A stretch of 64,000 nucleotides of DNA from a virus. Taxonomy: Duplodnaviria > Caudoviricetes. The notes beneath the pieces were generated by a model. The model searched no databases and was not told where the DNA came from. It worked only from the letters and a program-made list of their open reading frames with translations. The translations under genes and the position numbers were made by a program. Shown here piece by piece: positions 47,097-55,959 of the stretch (the first letter of the stretch is position 1; each line of letters opens with the position of its first letter). Location of the stretch: the IMG/VR virus record IMGVR_UViG_3300028275_000007; one strand, 5' to 3'.

Positions 47097-48513
47097 CCAT
47101 ACTGTTCAAGATTTCACGTAGTTTTGACGAACCTACATTTGCTCGAACTTTGCCTATGCTAGCGCCTTGGGTTGGATCTATTTCGCCTGTTTCTGGATCT
47201 ACTTTATTAATTTCTGTTTTACGTTTAATGCTGTCAATGATACTGCTTGTGCCTCTATTTGCTCCGTTATGCGACTCTTGTTCATCTTCGGGCAAATCGC
47301 TAATCTTAAGCGTTTCTAGATTAAACTCTAGATCTACCTTTTGTCCTACACCTGAACTAGAACGAGTTTTCATTAATTGTATTTGATAACGTCCACGCTC
47401 ACGCATAGCACGTGACGTAAAGATACCAAACACGTTATCTGCTGTTTGAATCTTAGAAAGACCGCCTGAAATATGACTGTGGTCAAATTCAACTTCTTCA
47501 ACAGCACCACGGTTCAACTGTGCCGCAGTAACTAGAATACATTGTTTTTCCATTGCTAGGTTGCGTAATTCTTCAGAAACATACTTGTCTTTAATAAACA
47601 AGTTTTCTGCTGAAATCTTACGACTTGCTGGCATTAACAAGTCTAAGTAATCTACTAGTAATACATCAATCTTAGCACCTGTTTTGATTTCAAACTCTTT
47701 CATATATGCTCTAAGGTCATTGGCAGTCTTGCCACTAGGCATATATTTGATTTGTAGTTTACCAGCCTTCTTACCAATAACACGAACTTTCATTTCAACG
47801 TTTTCTAGATCTTTAAAAATCTCTTTTGTTGAAATACCAGTAGTCATTGCATCAATACGCATAGCTACTAGGTCTTCTGAAAGTTCTAATGTTAGATATA
47901 AAACATTAAGTCCTTGTAGACACCAATTCACGCCAAGGTTAGCAAGAAAGAGGGATTTACCTGCACCTGATCCACCAGCAAAAATGTTAAGTTCTCCACG
48001 ATTCATTCCTCCAAATAGTCTACGATCAAGAGTAGGCCAGCCTGTGCTAATTTGACCATTCTTGTCTTTGATACGCATTAATCGCTGTCTAGGATCTTCA
48101 AAATAATCAGTGCCTAGATCTTTAGTTAAAGAAATTTGTACTGCTTCTTTAATCATAGATTCTACTTGACCGTAGTCTTTCTTTTCAAGTAAATCTGCAG
48201 AATTAATAATTGCACGTTCTAATGCCTTATGGCGAGTAAAGTTTTCAAACTCGTCCATTAGCCAATCGTTGTGACCTTCTTTGATATCTTCTGGCTTTTT
48301 AAGATCTGATCTACACGATGCATTAACCATTTCGTAGTCAGGCATAACAGAATATTCTTTTGCATAGAGATTAATAAACTCTGCTGCATCTTGTAATTTT
48401 CTGTCAAAAAGTGTGTGATCAAAAATACCTTGGCAACGTACAAACACTTCTGCGTCTGCTAGCATTAGCTCAAGATATAATTTTTGTAGTTCGTATCCGT
48501 AGTCTTTAATCAT
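47074..48513 (-). CDS. replicative DnaB/T4 gp41-like helicase
   Basis: AGGSGAGKS, LTLEL, VDYLDL, AAQLNR, KTR. Confidence 0.93.
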   Translation of the reverse strand: MIKDYGYELQKLYLELMLADAEVFVRCQGIFDHTLFDRKLQDAAEFINLYAKEYSVMPDYEMVNASCRSDLKKPEDIKEGHNDWLMDEFENFTRHKALERAIINSADLLEKKDYGQVESMIKEAVQISLTKDLGTDYFEDPRQRLMRIKDKNGQISTGWPTLDRRLFGGMNRGELNIFAGGSGAGKSLFLANLGVNWCLQGLNVLYLTLELSEDLVAMRIDAMTTGISTKEIFKDLENVEMKVRVIGKKAGKLQIKYMPSGKTANDLRAYMKEFEIKTGAKIDVLLVDYLDLLMPASRKISAENLFIKDKYVSEELRNLAMEKQCILVTAAQLNRGAVEEVEFDHSHISGGLSKIQTADNVFGIFTSRAMRERGRYQIQLMKTRSSSGVGQKVDLEFNLETLKISDLPEDEQESHNGANRGTSSIIDSIKRKTEINKVDPETGEIDPTQGASIGKVRANVGSSKLREILNSMGGDDEDI

Positions 48514-49138
48514 TTTTGTTGTAAATGTAATCTATAATAATTGATCTTCTTGGTGTGGTCTTAACAGGATATACTCCGTGAAATACATCTCCTGTCATTA
48601 AAATACTTCTACCAGGAAATCCAACAAATGGAATATATACTGGTTTTCCATCTGTCATTAACGCATACATTGATCCAGGCGTATAATCCTTTGCCGCAGT
48701 ACTTTCATTAATATTGGGCTCATCCATATAAATTACCTGTGTAATACAATTTACACTATGCGTATGCATCGCCTGCCAGCCACCTGGCTCATAGTCCATC
48801 CACCAAGATATTACAGGCGTGATTTGTTTAATGATATGATGCTCTATTAATTTTGCCTGAGTCCATTTTGTAATGTTGTCGAGTTCTTGCTGCCAAGGTA
48901 TTGAAGAATTATCGTTATTGAATTTTTTATGTGAATAGTATTCGTCAGAAAGATTAGGATCTCTCCACAATGGATATTGTTTTGCAAAATGCGCCGATGT
49001 CTCGGAACTATATTCTTGCTCGTTACTAGGCAATAAAAATTTATACAAATTTTTATAGTTAGGATATTCCGAATCGATGATCCATTGATTTCCGCTAGTA
49101 AATTTTTTTTCTGTACTCAACATAATACTATTATACAC
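48506..49138 (-). CDS. 2OG-Fe(II) oxygenase-like protein
   Basis: WWMDY..AMHTH, FHGVYP, RRSI. Confidence 0.65.
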   Translation of the reverse strand: MYNSIMLSTEKKFTSGNQWIIDSEYPNYKNLYKFLLPSNEQEYSSETSAHFAKQYPLWRDPNLSDEYYSHKKFNNDNSSIPWQQELDNITKWTQAKLIEHHIIKQITPVISWWMDYEPGGWQAMHTHSVNCITQVIYMDEPNINESTAAKDYTPGSMYALMTDGKPVYIPFVGFPGRSILMTGDVFHGVYPVKTTPRRSIIIDYIYNKND

Positions 49139-50075
49139 GAATCTCGATATGTTTTACAACCCCAAGGTTTGCATCCCAAACTCTTTGCTTAGTGTGATAC
49201 AGTACAGCGCCAATACTGCTACTAGGATCGCCAGGTTGCGGCAATGACCAAATGTAATTAAATTTTGGTTCTACTACCTTTTTGTTTGCTCGACTATTCA
49301 TAGCACAGCCACCCATATATACTAGACAATCGGCTCCTGTTAAATCTTTGGCAATTTTCATTACCATATCAATTTGTTCTTCAAACACTTCCTGAACGGC
49401 AGCGGCAATGTGTACCTTGTCTTCATTGGTAATTTCATACGGCCAATTCCAAATGCCTTGATGCATATTTTGATGCGCATTAATAACGCTGCCCATATAT
49501 TCTTTTACATCAAAATAATATTTGTTAGGATCGCCTAGTTCTGCATCTTTTTGTAAAAGAAATTCATCTTGAATAGGAGTATGCCCTATTAACTCAGTGA
49601 AAGCGGAATAAAATAATCCTAAACTGTTAGGATATGTCTTACTCCATACTTTTTTCATTTCGCCGTGTTTACCTTCCCATATTGTAGCGCATTCCCATTC
49701 GCCAATCGCATCAAGCACAACAATGGCACAATGGTTAAATGGACTGGTATAGTAACCAGCGGCAGCGTGACTTGCGTGATGCGGAGTATAATGCATCTTT
49801 GCATAATTAGCACGTATACTTCTAATATAGGCACTAGGTATTGCTTGAAAATCAAAGACTCTATGCCATTGACCTGCATAGGCCTGTCTTGCTTTTTTAA
49901 TCCAAGGCCTTTCGTACCAAAATATATCCGAAGGTGCTCCGTGATGTAGAGCAGTTGTAATAGTCTTAGTATCTAACGTGTCAGTCTTATCAAAGGTATT
50001 TGAAATAAATTTTCCGTCTTTAAACACGGCAAGACTAGAGCCGTGATTAAGTGCGTTTATTCCCCAGCTTATCAT
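49131..50075 (-). CDS. carbamoyltransferase N-terminal (Kae1-like) domain
   Basis: HHASHAAAGYYTSPF, VLDAIGE, SLGLFY, GGCAMN, PGDPSSSIGA. Confidence 0.88.
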   Translation of the reverse strand: MISWGINALNHGSSLAVFKDGKFISNTFDKTDTLDTKTITTALHHGAPSDIFWYERPWIKKARQAYAGQWHRVFDFQAIPSAYIRSIRANYAKMHYTPHHASHAAAGYYTSPFNHCAIVVLDAIGEWECATIWEGKHGEMKKVWSKTYPNSLGLFYSAFTELIGHTPIQDEFLLQKDAELGDPNKYYFDVKEYMGSVINAHQNMHQGIWNWPYEITNEDKVHIAAAVQEVFEEQIDMVMKIAKDLTGADCLVYMGGCAMNSRANKKVVEPKFNYIWSLPQPGDPSSSIGAVLYHTKQRVWDANLGVVKHIEIRV

Positions 50076-50188
50076 TTGTAAATGAAAGGATCCCGTTTTC
50101 TTAATTCAGCGATCCGTTTTTTAAATCTTTGATGTTCTTGATATTTTCTGTAGGGATATAAAATGATATTAAGTATTTTCTTTAGCAT
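50072..50188 (-). CDS. 38-aa peptide (not in ORF track)
   Basis: MLKKILNIILYPYRKYQEHQRFKKRIAELRKRDPFIYK; ATGA overlap. Confidence 0.55.
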   Translation of the reverse strand: MLKKILNIILYPYRKYQEHQRFKKRIAELRKRDPFIYK

Positions 50189-51218
50189 ATTCGAGTCTCT
50201 CCAATTTGTGTTCTTGTTGCTTCTTAGCCATATTAATTTTAATCGATCCTTTTTGTGCTGTCTTTATTGCATCAACAATAACAAATAATTTTCCGTAGGA
50301 TTTTACAGCATCTGCAACGTCTTTTACATCGTCGTCCCAGTTAGGCATAGCCACTGACCAATTTAATTCGGCAGCTCTGTCAAATAATACTAGTCCTGCT
50401 TGATCTTGATCCGGAATTACAATAACTTCAGCACCTAGACTATTAATTATCCTAGATTGTTGTTCAGCTATATCGTTAGTAAGAAGAGCAACACCGTCTA
50501 TTGCCAATGCATCAAATGGACCTTCGCAGACAAATATATACTTCTGATTTTCTTTTTGACGGTCAAAGTTGAATACAAAATGTGGATGTTGATCTGAAAG
50601 ATATTTTGGTTTTCCGTCTCTAACTTTTCTAGCTGTATTTCCTACTATTCTTCCTTCCCATCTAAAAGGAACAATAACTCTATCAATATATCCAGGAGCC
50701 GGGCTCCAATAAAAATCATATTCAAATGGATTGTTATATCCTCTGCTGATTAGATATCTTAATACGTTTGAATAGTCTTCACCAATCTGTTCTTCAACTT
50801 CGCCTTCTATTAAATTCCCCCATTCTGCCAAAGGCATCGCACCTTCTGGTAATGCTTTATCTGTAAAATTTATTGGGGTGTTATCTTCTGAATGATATTC
50901 GTGATAATCGGGACCTTCTGTTTTAAGAGCTTCAAACACTAGATCTTTTATAAGGTCTTCACTGGCGCCCATCCATCGCGCCAGTGTTTTCATTTTTTCA
51001 CCAAAGGGTGCCCCTGGTTGCCAGCCTGTAGAAAACTTGCAGTTAAAGCAATTATAAACTACACTATTTCCGTCAAACCTAATACCACCACGTTTGCGAG
51101 TATCGGGACTATGGCCACGATGCTGGCAACAAGGGGCGTTAAACGATGTCCAACCAGACGGCGAGTGTTTGGCTCGCGGAGGAAGTAACGTTCGAAATTT
51201 ATCTACGACTAGTGTCAT
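50169..51218 (-). CDS. DNA primase (T4 gp61-like)
   Basis: Zn finger C..H..CFNC; TOPRIM VCEGPFDAL, PDQD; KDVAD. Confidence 0.9.
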   Translation of the reverse strand: MTLVVDKFRTLLPPRAKHSPSGWTSFNAPCCQHRGHSPDTRKRGGIRFDGNSVVYNCFNCKFSTGWQPGAPFGEKMKTLARWMGASEDLIKDLVFEALKTEGPDYHEYHSEDNTPINFTDKALPEGAMPLAEWGNLIEGEVEEQIGEDYSNVLRYLISRGYNNPFEYDFYWSPAPGYIDRVIVPFRWEGRIVGNTARKVRDGKPKYLSDQHPHFVFNFDRQKENQKYIFVCEGPFDALAIDGVALLTNDIAEQQSRIINSLGAEVIVIPDQDQAGLVLFDRAAELNWSVAMPNWDDDVKDVADAVKSYGKLFVIVDAIKTAQKGSIKINMAKKQQEHKLERLEYAKENT

Positions 51219-51230
51219 AGATATAGTATA

Positions 51231-52310
51231 TTATCTATAGAGAACTTTGTCAAGACTTCCAATGCCGGAAGTTGTGCCAGAAAGAACAAAAGTTTTGACG
51301 CCGTTATAAGAAAGACCTGTCCAATCTATAGATACAATTGCACCACCGGGACTTACGCCTGTGACTGTAATAACTAGATCATTAGTACCTAGTTCACCGC
51401 CTAATTGATTTCCTGGTATAGTAATTGTGTCTCCAATTTGGTATCCTTGACCTGGGCTGTAAACAGATGCCTGATAATTCAATAACATTGTTTGGCTAAT
51501 AACAAATTGAGCTGTGTTAGATGACCTCGAAGGAATATGTTTAATTCTAAACCAACTCCAATTACCAATTATGTTTTTATAGCTTTCAACAGTTAGATCT
51601 ACAGAATCGATATTGACCCATTTATCGTGCCTAGGCGATGCTCCTTGATCGTCTAGACTTCCTTGTATGATTACTGATCCGTCGTAGTTAGTAGAGTAAA
51701 ATTGAAATGTGTGTAGGGCATTTCCTGTTTTTATTTTCGGTCTTGCATCTATAATTTCGCTTTCAAACCAAGCAGGAGTAGTATCTCCTTGTGTAAATGG
51801 ATTGACGTAATTAAAGGTATTGATTATCTTACTGCTTTCTACAGTTCCATAAACATCACCTAGGATTTCTAAAACCCCAGTTGGTCCGTATTGACTGTCA
51901 ACATACAATGGCATCTTAGAAGTTACTCGGTAATCTGTTGAATCAACTGTTTCTCTAATTTCTTTAACAATACTATATTCGTAGAATCCGTTATCAACGT
52001 TTAACAATTCGTTGTCAGTTAAAATTACTGTTACTTTTCCTGTAGATAAATCCATTGTGTCAAAATCTTTCTGTAATACTAAATCTTTTGTCACTTTAGA
52101 AATTAGATTAAATACCAAAGTAGAACCAGTTATGTTACTGGCTTTTTGATCGGGATTACGAACTTGGATGTCAATGCGATTATCAACACCACGATATATT
52201 TTTAAATTGCGATTGTACACTTTACGATACCTCTCTGATGACCAAGCGTCCGAGGGACTTGTAAATACGTCTAACTTATTTGTGTATAAATAAACTGGAT
52301 TAAATTGCAT
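51231..52310 (-). CDS. putative virion structural protein
   Basis: Beta-rich, TAAATA upstream (52329-52334). Confidence 0.5.
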   Translation of the reverse strand: MQFNPVYLYTNKLDVFTSPSDAWSSERYRKVYNRNLKIYRGVDNRIDIQVRNPDQKASNITGSTLVFNLISKVTKDLVLQKDFDTMDLSTGKVTVILTDNELLNVDNGFYEYSIVKEIRETVDSTDYRVTSKMPLYVDSQYGPTGVLEILGDVYGTVESSKIINTFNYVNPFTQGDTTPAWFESEIIDARPKIKTGNALHTFQFYSTNYDGSVIIQGSLDDQGASPRHDKWVNIDSVDLTVESYKNIIGNWSWFRIKHIPSRSSNTAQFVISQTMLLNYQASVYSPGQGYQIGDTITIPGNQLGGELGTNDLVITVTGVSPGGAIVSIDWTGLSYNGVKTFVLSGTTSGIGSLDKVLYR

Positions 52311-52338
52311 TTTTACGGACCTTTAGCATATTTATCGA

Positions 52339-52710
52339 ATGAGAATAACAACTAACTTACAAGAAAACTTTCCGTTCATCAGCGTTATAACCCACGTTAA
52401 TCAAGAGTACGTAGGAATCATTATCAACCAGGATGCACAAGTAACTAGCTTTTACGACTACTCTGCAATACGTACAGAAACAGAAAAACAACGATTTCTA
52501 GAACTGGGCGAAGCCTGGTGGTGGGAATCTAATAGGCAGATTCCTATTAACATTTTCTTACTTAAAGAAATTGCTGTATTCAAATATGTCATTAAAAACT
52601 TTAGTACAAAAGATGTTAAAATAATTCTTGGACCCTGTACCAGTTTAAATGATATCATTGTTAAAAGAATTAAAAGAAAATCTATTACTTTGGTCAGAAA
52701 AAGTTCTTAA
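52339..52710 (+). CDS. hypothetical protein
   Basis: 123-aa ORF, WWWESN motif. Confidence 0.65.
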   Translation: MRITTNLQENFPFISVITHVNQEYVGIIINQDAQVTSFYDYSAIRTETEKQRFLELGEAWWWESNRQIPINIFLLKEIAVFKYVIKNFSTKDVKIILGPCTSLNDIIVKRIKRKSITLVRKSS

Positions 52711-53285
52711 CTAAATCCGTAACTAATACCTTCGCAGATTAAATTCATCTGAACCACAATAGCTACCGCATACGCTGTAGCGTGTGATTTTTTAAAATAG
52801 TATTCGTCATTCTCCGGTTTCGTCCAAACTTCCGTCATCACCGTAGTCCAATCTTTGCCAATCAGATAACGTTTCGCTGGGCGTATCATTGCTAGAATGG
52901 CCGCCAGTTGTTCCACACTCGTCGGCTTCATTTGCCTTAATATAGAACCATGCCCGTTTACGTGAAAGAGTAAGTTGACGAAATCGTCTTGCTCTAGAAG
53001 ATCCCATAGTGGCTCCGTGTTCATTAATTGTACAAGATGTTCTTCGTCTCGAACACCTTTGTATAAACCTACATTCAAAAAGTCAATTTTAAAATAACCC
53101 TGTTCTTCTGCTTTGTCGTAAGGTACCGCACATACTGCTTCGAGGGAACTCATAGGTACTTCGTGCATATACACGCCCGTATTGTGCTTGACTAATTTTC
53201 CGTCGTCAATACGACTTGCCTTAACGTGTTTAAAGTGTTTTAAGGCATTGTCTCTATCAACAAAGTCAATATCGATATCAGGCAT
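52707..53285 (-). CDS. miniature C-family DNA polymerase (DnaE palm-like)
   Basis: MPDIDIDF, KHNTGVY, FKIDFL, LAMIRP, YFKKSHATAYA. Confidence 0.8.
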   Translation of the reverse strand: MPDIDIDFVDRDNALKHFKHVKASRIDDGKLVKHNTGVYMHEVPMSSLEAVCAVPYDKAEEQGYFKIDFLNVGLYKGVRDEEHLVQLMNTEPLWDLLEQDDFVNLLFHVNGHGSILRQMKPTSVEQLAAILAMIRPAKRYLIGKDWTTVMTEVWTKPENDEYYFKKSHATAYAVAIVVQMNLICEGISYGFS

Positions 53286-53286
53286 A

Positions 53287-53475
53287 TTATTGCATCCTAG
53301 TAGTTTCAAATAACAATAGAGGTAATGTTTCTGCTAAAAAATCTGCATATTCTTCTGCATCTTCAGCGTCTGCAAAATTTGAAAATTTAACATAAACGCA
53401 GGGCTCTTCATCAGAGGTGCTCATAACTTCAATATCAAGATCATCTCTTGAAATATATTCTTCATTGTCTTTCAT
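53287..53475 (-). CDS. small acidic protein
   Basis: Coupled ORF. Confidence 0.55.
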   Translation of the reverse strand: MKDNEEYISRDDLDIEVMSTSDEEPCVYVKFSNFADAEDAEEYADFLAETLPLLLFETTRMQ

Positions 53476-54155
53476 AATATTTTTGCCTCTTTAATAACAT
53501 CTTTTACTAGTTCTGTGTCTGCTGGCAATGACTTAAATCTACGCATCCAAAACTGAGGATCGATATATTGTCCAACGATTTCTAATTGTTCGTCGTTCAT
53601 TTTTTGAAGCATTGTTTTGCCTTCTTTAGTATTTAAAATTACCCAAGGACTAATCAATCCTTCTTTAATATCGTGAGTTGCACGATTAAGATTCACGTAG
53701 GCAAAATAATGTTCCCAAGACGAATTGTTTTTCTCACCCCAGTCCATCATAGTCTGTATTGTACGCTGTATGGCTCCGTCTGCTGGTTCTATTTTAATTA
53801 ATTCTTTTACATATGTTTCGTAGAGTTCGTCTCTACACCAGTGATCAAGTTTCACGCCGCTCTTGATTACAAATTCAATAAATTTGTCTGGATGTATTGG
53901 TGCAGTATTAACCATAAAACTACCAAACTTGATAAAAGCGGTGTAGTACGGGCTAGATGCAAATTCGTCAAATGATTTTTGACTTTTCCCTTTTTGTGCG
54001 ATCTCGTAGAATTTTTGATAGGTCATTAGACCCATCTGAACGTGCTTCTCATTTTTGCTAAGATGTCGACGTTTTTGTTCGCAAATATGAACTACCAAAG
54101 TTTTTTCTTTGGCAAATAACTTACCGCAATATTCACATTTATAATTTAATTCCAT
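53472..54155 (-). CDS. protein with N-terminal C2H2/C2HC zinc finger
   Basis: YKCEYCGKLFAKEKTLVVHIC. Confidence 0.7.
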   Translation of the reverse strand: MELNYKCEYCGKLFAKEKTLVVHICEQKRRHLSKNEKHVQMGLMTYQKFYEIAQKGKSQKSFDEFASSPYYTAFIKFGSFMVNTAPIHPDKFIEFVIKSGVKLDHWCRDELYETYVKELIKIEPADGAIQRTIQTMMDWGEKNNSSWEHYFAYVNLNRATHDIKEGLISPWVILNTKEGKTMLQKMNDEQLEIVGQYIDPQFWMRRFKSLPADTELVKDVIKEAKIL

Positions 54156-54618
54156 TGACTTCTTTTTTATCCCAACCAAGAGACTCGCAATATTGTTTGA
54201 TTTCTTTGTCTGAGGTAATGGCTGCAAGTGTTTCAATGTCTGCTCTCTTCATATTAGGAAATAGTTCTGCTAAAAATTCTTCTTTCTTATTCTTTTCACG
54301 TTTTAACGGTAACCACTCGTGGAATTGTGTTTTCTTACTTTCATGGCTGCACATTGCGAGAGTAAGCCATTGCAGTTTTGGATGCTTACTAATGTCTGCC
54401 CAATTCTTATTGTAAAATTCATTCACTGTCATTAGGTAATGTTCTTGTAACTCTGAATTGTTACTTTTTACATTACTAATATAGCGATTAAGATTCCACA
54501 GGTCGCCTTTGATCTCTTTACGACCTTCTTCAGTGGCGGCATCCCAAAGCTCTTTTAAGCCCATATCCACAGCAGGAATCATATCTTTAAAAAGGTCTAC
54601 GTGTTTATTTTTGCCCAT
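54139..54618 (-). CDS. clamp-loader small-subunit (gp62)-like protein
   Basis: LNRYIS..VNE..HPKLQW..FHEWL pattern; replication-operon context. Confidence 0.5.
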   Translation of the reverse strand: MGKNKHVDLFKDMIPAVDMGLKELWDAATEEGRKEIKGDLWNLNRYISNVKSNNSELQEHYLMTVNEFYNKNWADISKHPKLQWLTLAMCSHESKKTQFHEWLPLKREKNKKEEFLAELFPNMKRADIETLAAITSDKEIKQYCESLGWDKKEVNGIKL

Positions 54619-54901
54619 CGTCTTTACTCAAATGATATATTATTTTAACACGATCAATAGCCTCTTGTAAAGTAGGATTCTTTTTTCCGGCTAACCTGAT
54701 CTTAATCCATTCATTATGATCGTCGAGTTCGGCTTTTCCTGTTTTTTGATCTAATCCTCTGACCCTTGCCGGATTAGTTTCCTGCTCATAATCCCAACCT
54801 ATGGCAACTCTTGTTGACGGGTCTGAACCAAACTCACGTGCATAAACTGTGCCGCCTTGGCGCTCATAGATATATTCTGCTCCTGGTTTAAGCGATCCCA
54901 T
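54605..54901 (-). CDS. hypothetical protein
   Basis: Start MGSLKPG at 54901. Confidence 0.6.
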   Translation of the reverse strand: MGSLKPGAEYIYERQGGTVYAREFGSDPSTRVAIGWDYEQETNPARVRGLDQKTGKAELDDHNEWIKIRLAGKKNPTLQEAIDRVKIIYHLSKDDGQK

Positions 54902-55241
54902 TATTGTACCCCACAGTTTCTCTTTCAATGTCGTCGTGATCAAATTCTGCCCAATATAATTCAAAAGCAACACAGTCTTCAATTGCTTCAAACTGATGAT
55001 ATTCGCCAGGAGCAACTTTAGTATATTGTCCAGCCTCTAATAGCGTTTCATCTACTAGATCATAATTATTCTTCCATACACGAATAATCATCTTTCCTTT
55101 TTCAACAAAGAATCCGTTCCACTTATATTTGTGTTTATGTTTAGAACAGACTCCGCCTGCTTTGGCTTCAATGCGATGAAACTCTAATACACCGTTGGCT
55201 TCTAATAATTCTGTAACACCCCAAACTTTTCCAGCTTTCAT
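54888..55241 (-). CDS. cupin
   Basis: KVWG, SKHKH..F.V..G, PGEYHQF. Confidence 0.75.
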   Translation of the reverse strand: MKAGKVWGVTELLEANGVLEFHRIEAKAGGVCSKHKHKYKWNGFFVEKGKMIIRVWKNNYDLVDETLLEAGQYTKVAPGEYHQFEAIEDCVAFELYWAEFDHDDIERETVGYNNGIA

Positions 55242-55456
55242 ACGATACCTTTAATTTTAAGAAATAGATATTGATCTTTATCACACCATCTATATTCAAA
55301 TACAGGTTCACCCGGACCTGTTATCATTGCTGTGCCAAGATAAGCACGTTTCAACCACAAATATTTACTTGTGTAGTGACACTTGCGAGGGATTATAACA
55401 AACTTATCAACCCAGCCAATACATCTCCGCTTAAACGCCTCGTCGTCCCACATCAT
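55238..55456 (-). CDS. hypothetical protein
   Basis: Coupled ORF. Confidence 0.5.
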   Translation of the reverse strand: MMWDDEAFKRRCIGWVDKFVIIPRKCHYTSKYLWLKRAYLGTAMITGPGEPVFEYRWCDKDQYLFLKIKGIV

Positions 55457-55959
55457 AATAACTTATGTAGTTGTAACACTTCACTTTGACGGCTAACTTC
55501 TTTTACAAAATATACACAAGGAGGATTAACACCGTCAGTTAACGGAACTGTTAATAACTGTCCGTTTTTCATTTTTGGAAAATACCATCGAACATCTTGA
55601 AAGATATTAACAATTTCAATTGGCATAAATTCTGCTCTAAACCCTTTAATAGGATTGAATACTAATGCGTCAAATCCTCGTTCATTAATACTTGTTAACG
55701 GAAGAACTTCGGGATCCATACCGCAATCTTTATCTCCTACTACCATACACCAATCCAACGGCATTTGAATTTCGTGTCCTCCTATATTCAATAAAATAGC
55801 AGGACTGTTAAATGATTCTAAGAATATCAACGGCATAAAAAAGAAATCAGGTTCTTGCGGATTACTGTTATCTAATACACTAAACCTAGTGTCTTCATCT
55901 ACTTCGTCGGGCAGGTCATTTAAATCAAATGCCTGATTGTTTAATGTTAAAATTTTCAT
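55453..55959 (-). CDS. hypothetical protein
   Basis: Coupled ORF. Confidence 0.65.
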   Translation of the reverse strand: MKILTLNNQAFDLNDLPDEVDEDTRFSVLDNSNPQEPDFFFMPLIFLESFNSPAILLNIGGHEIQMPLDWCMVVGDKDCGMDPEVLPLTSINERGFDALVFNPIKGFRAEFMPIEIVNIFQDVRWYFPKMKNGQLLTVPLTDGVNPPCVYFVKEVSRQSEVLQLHKLL

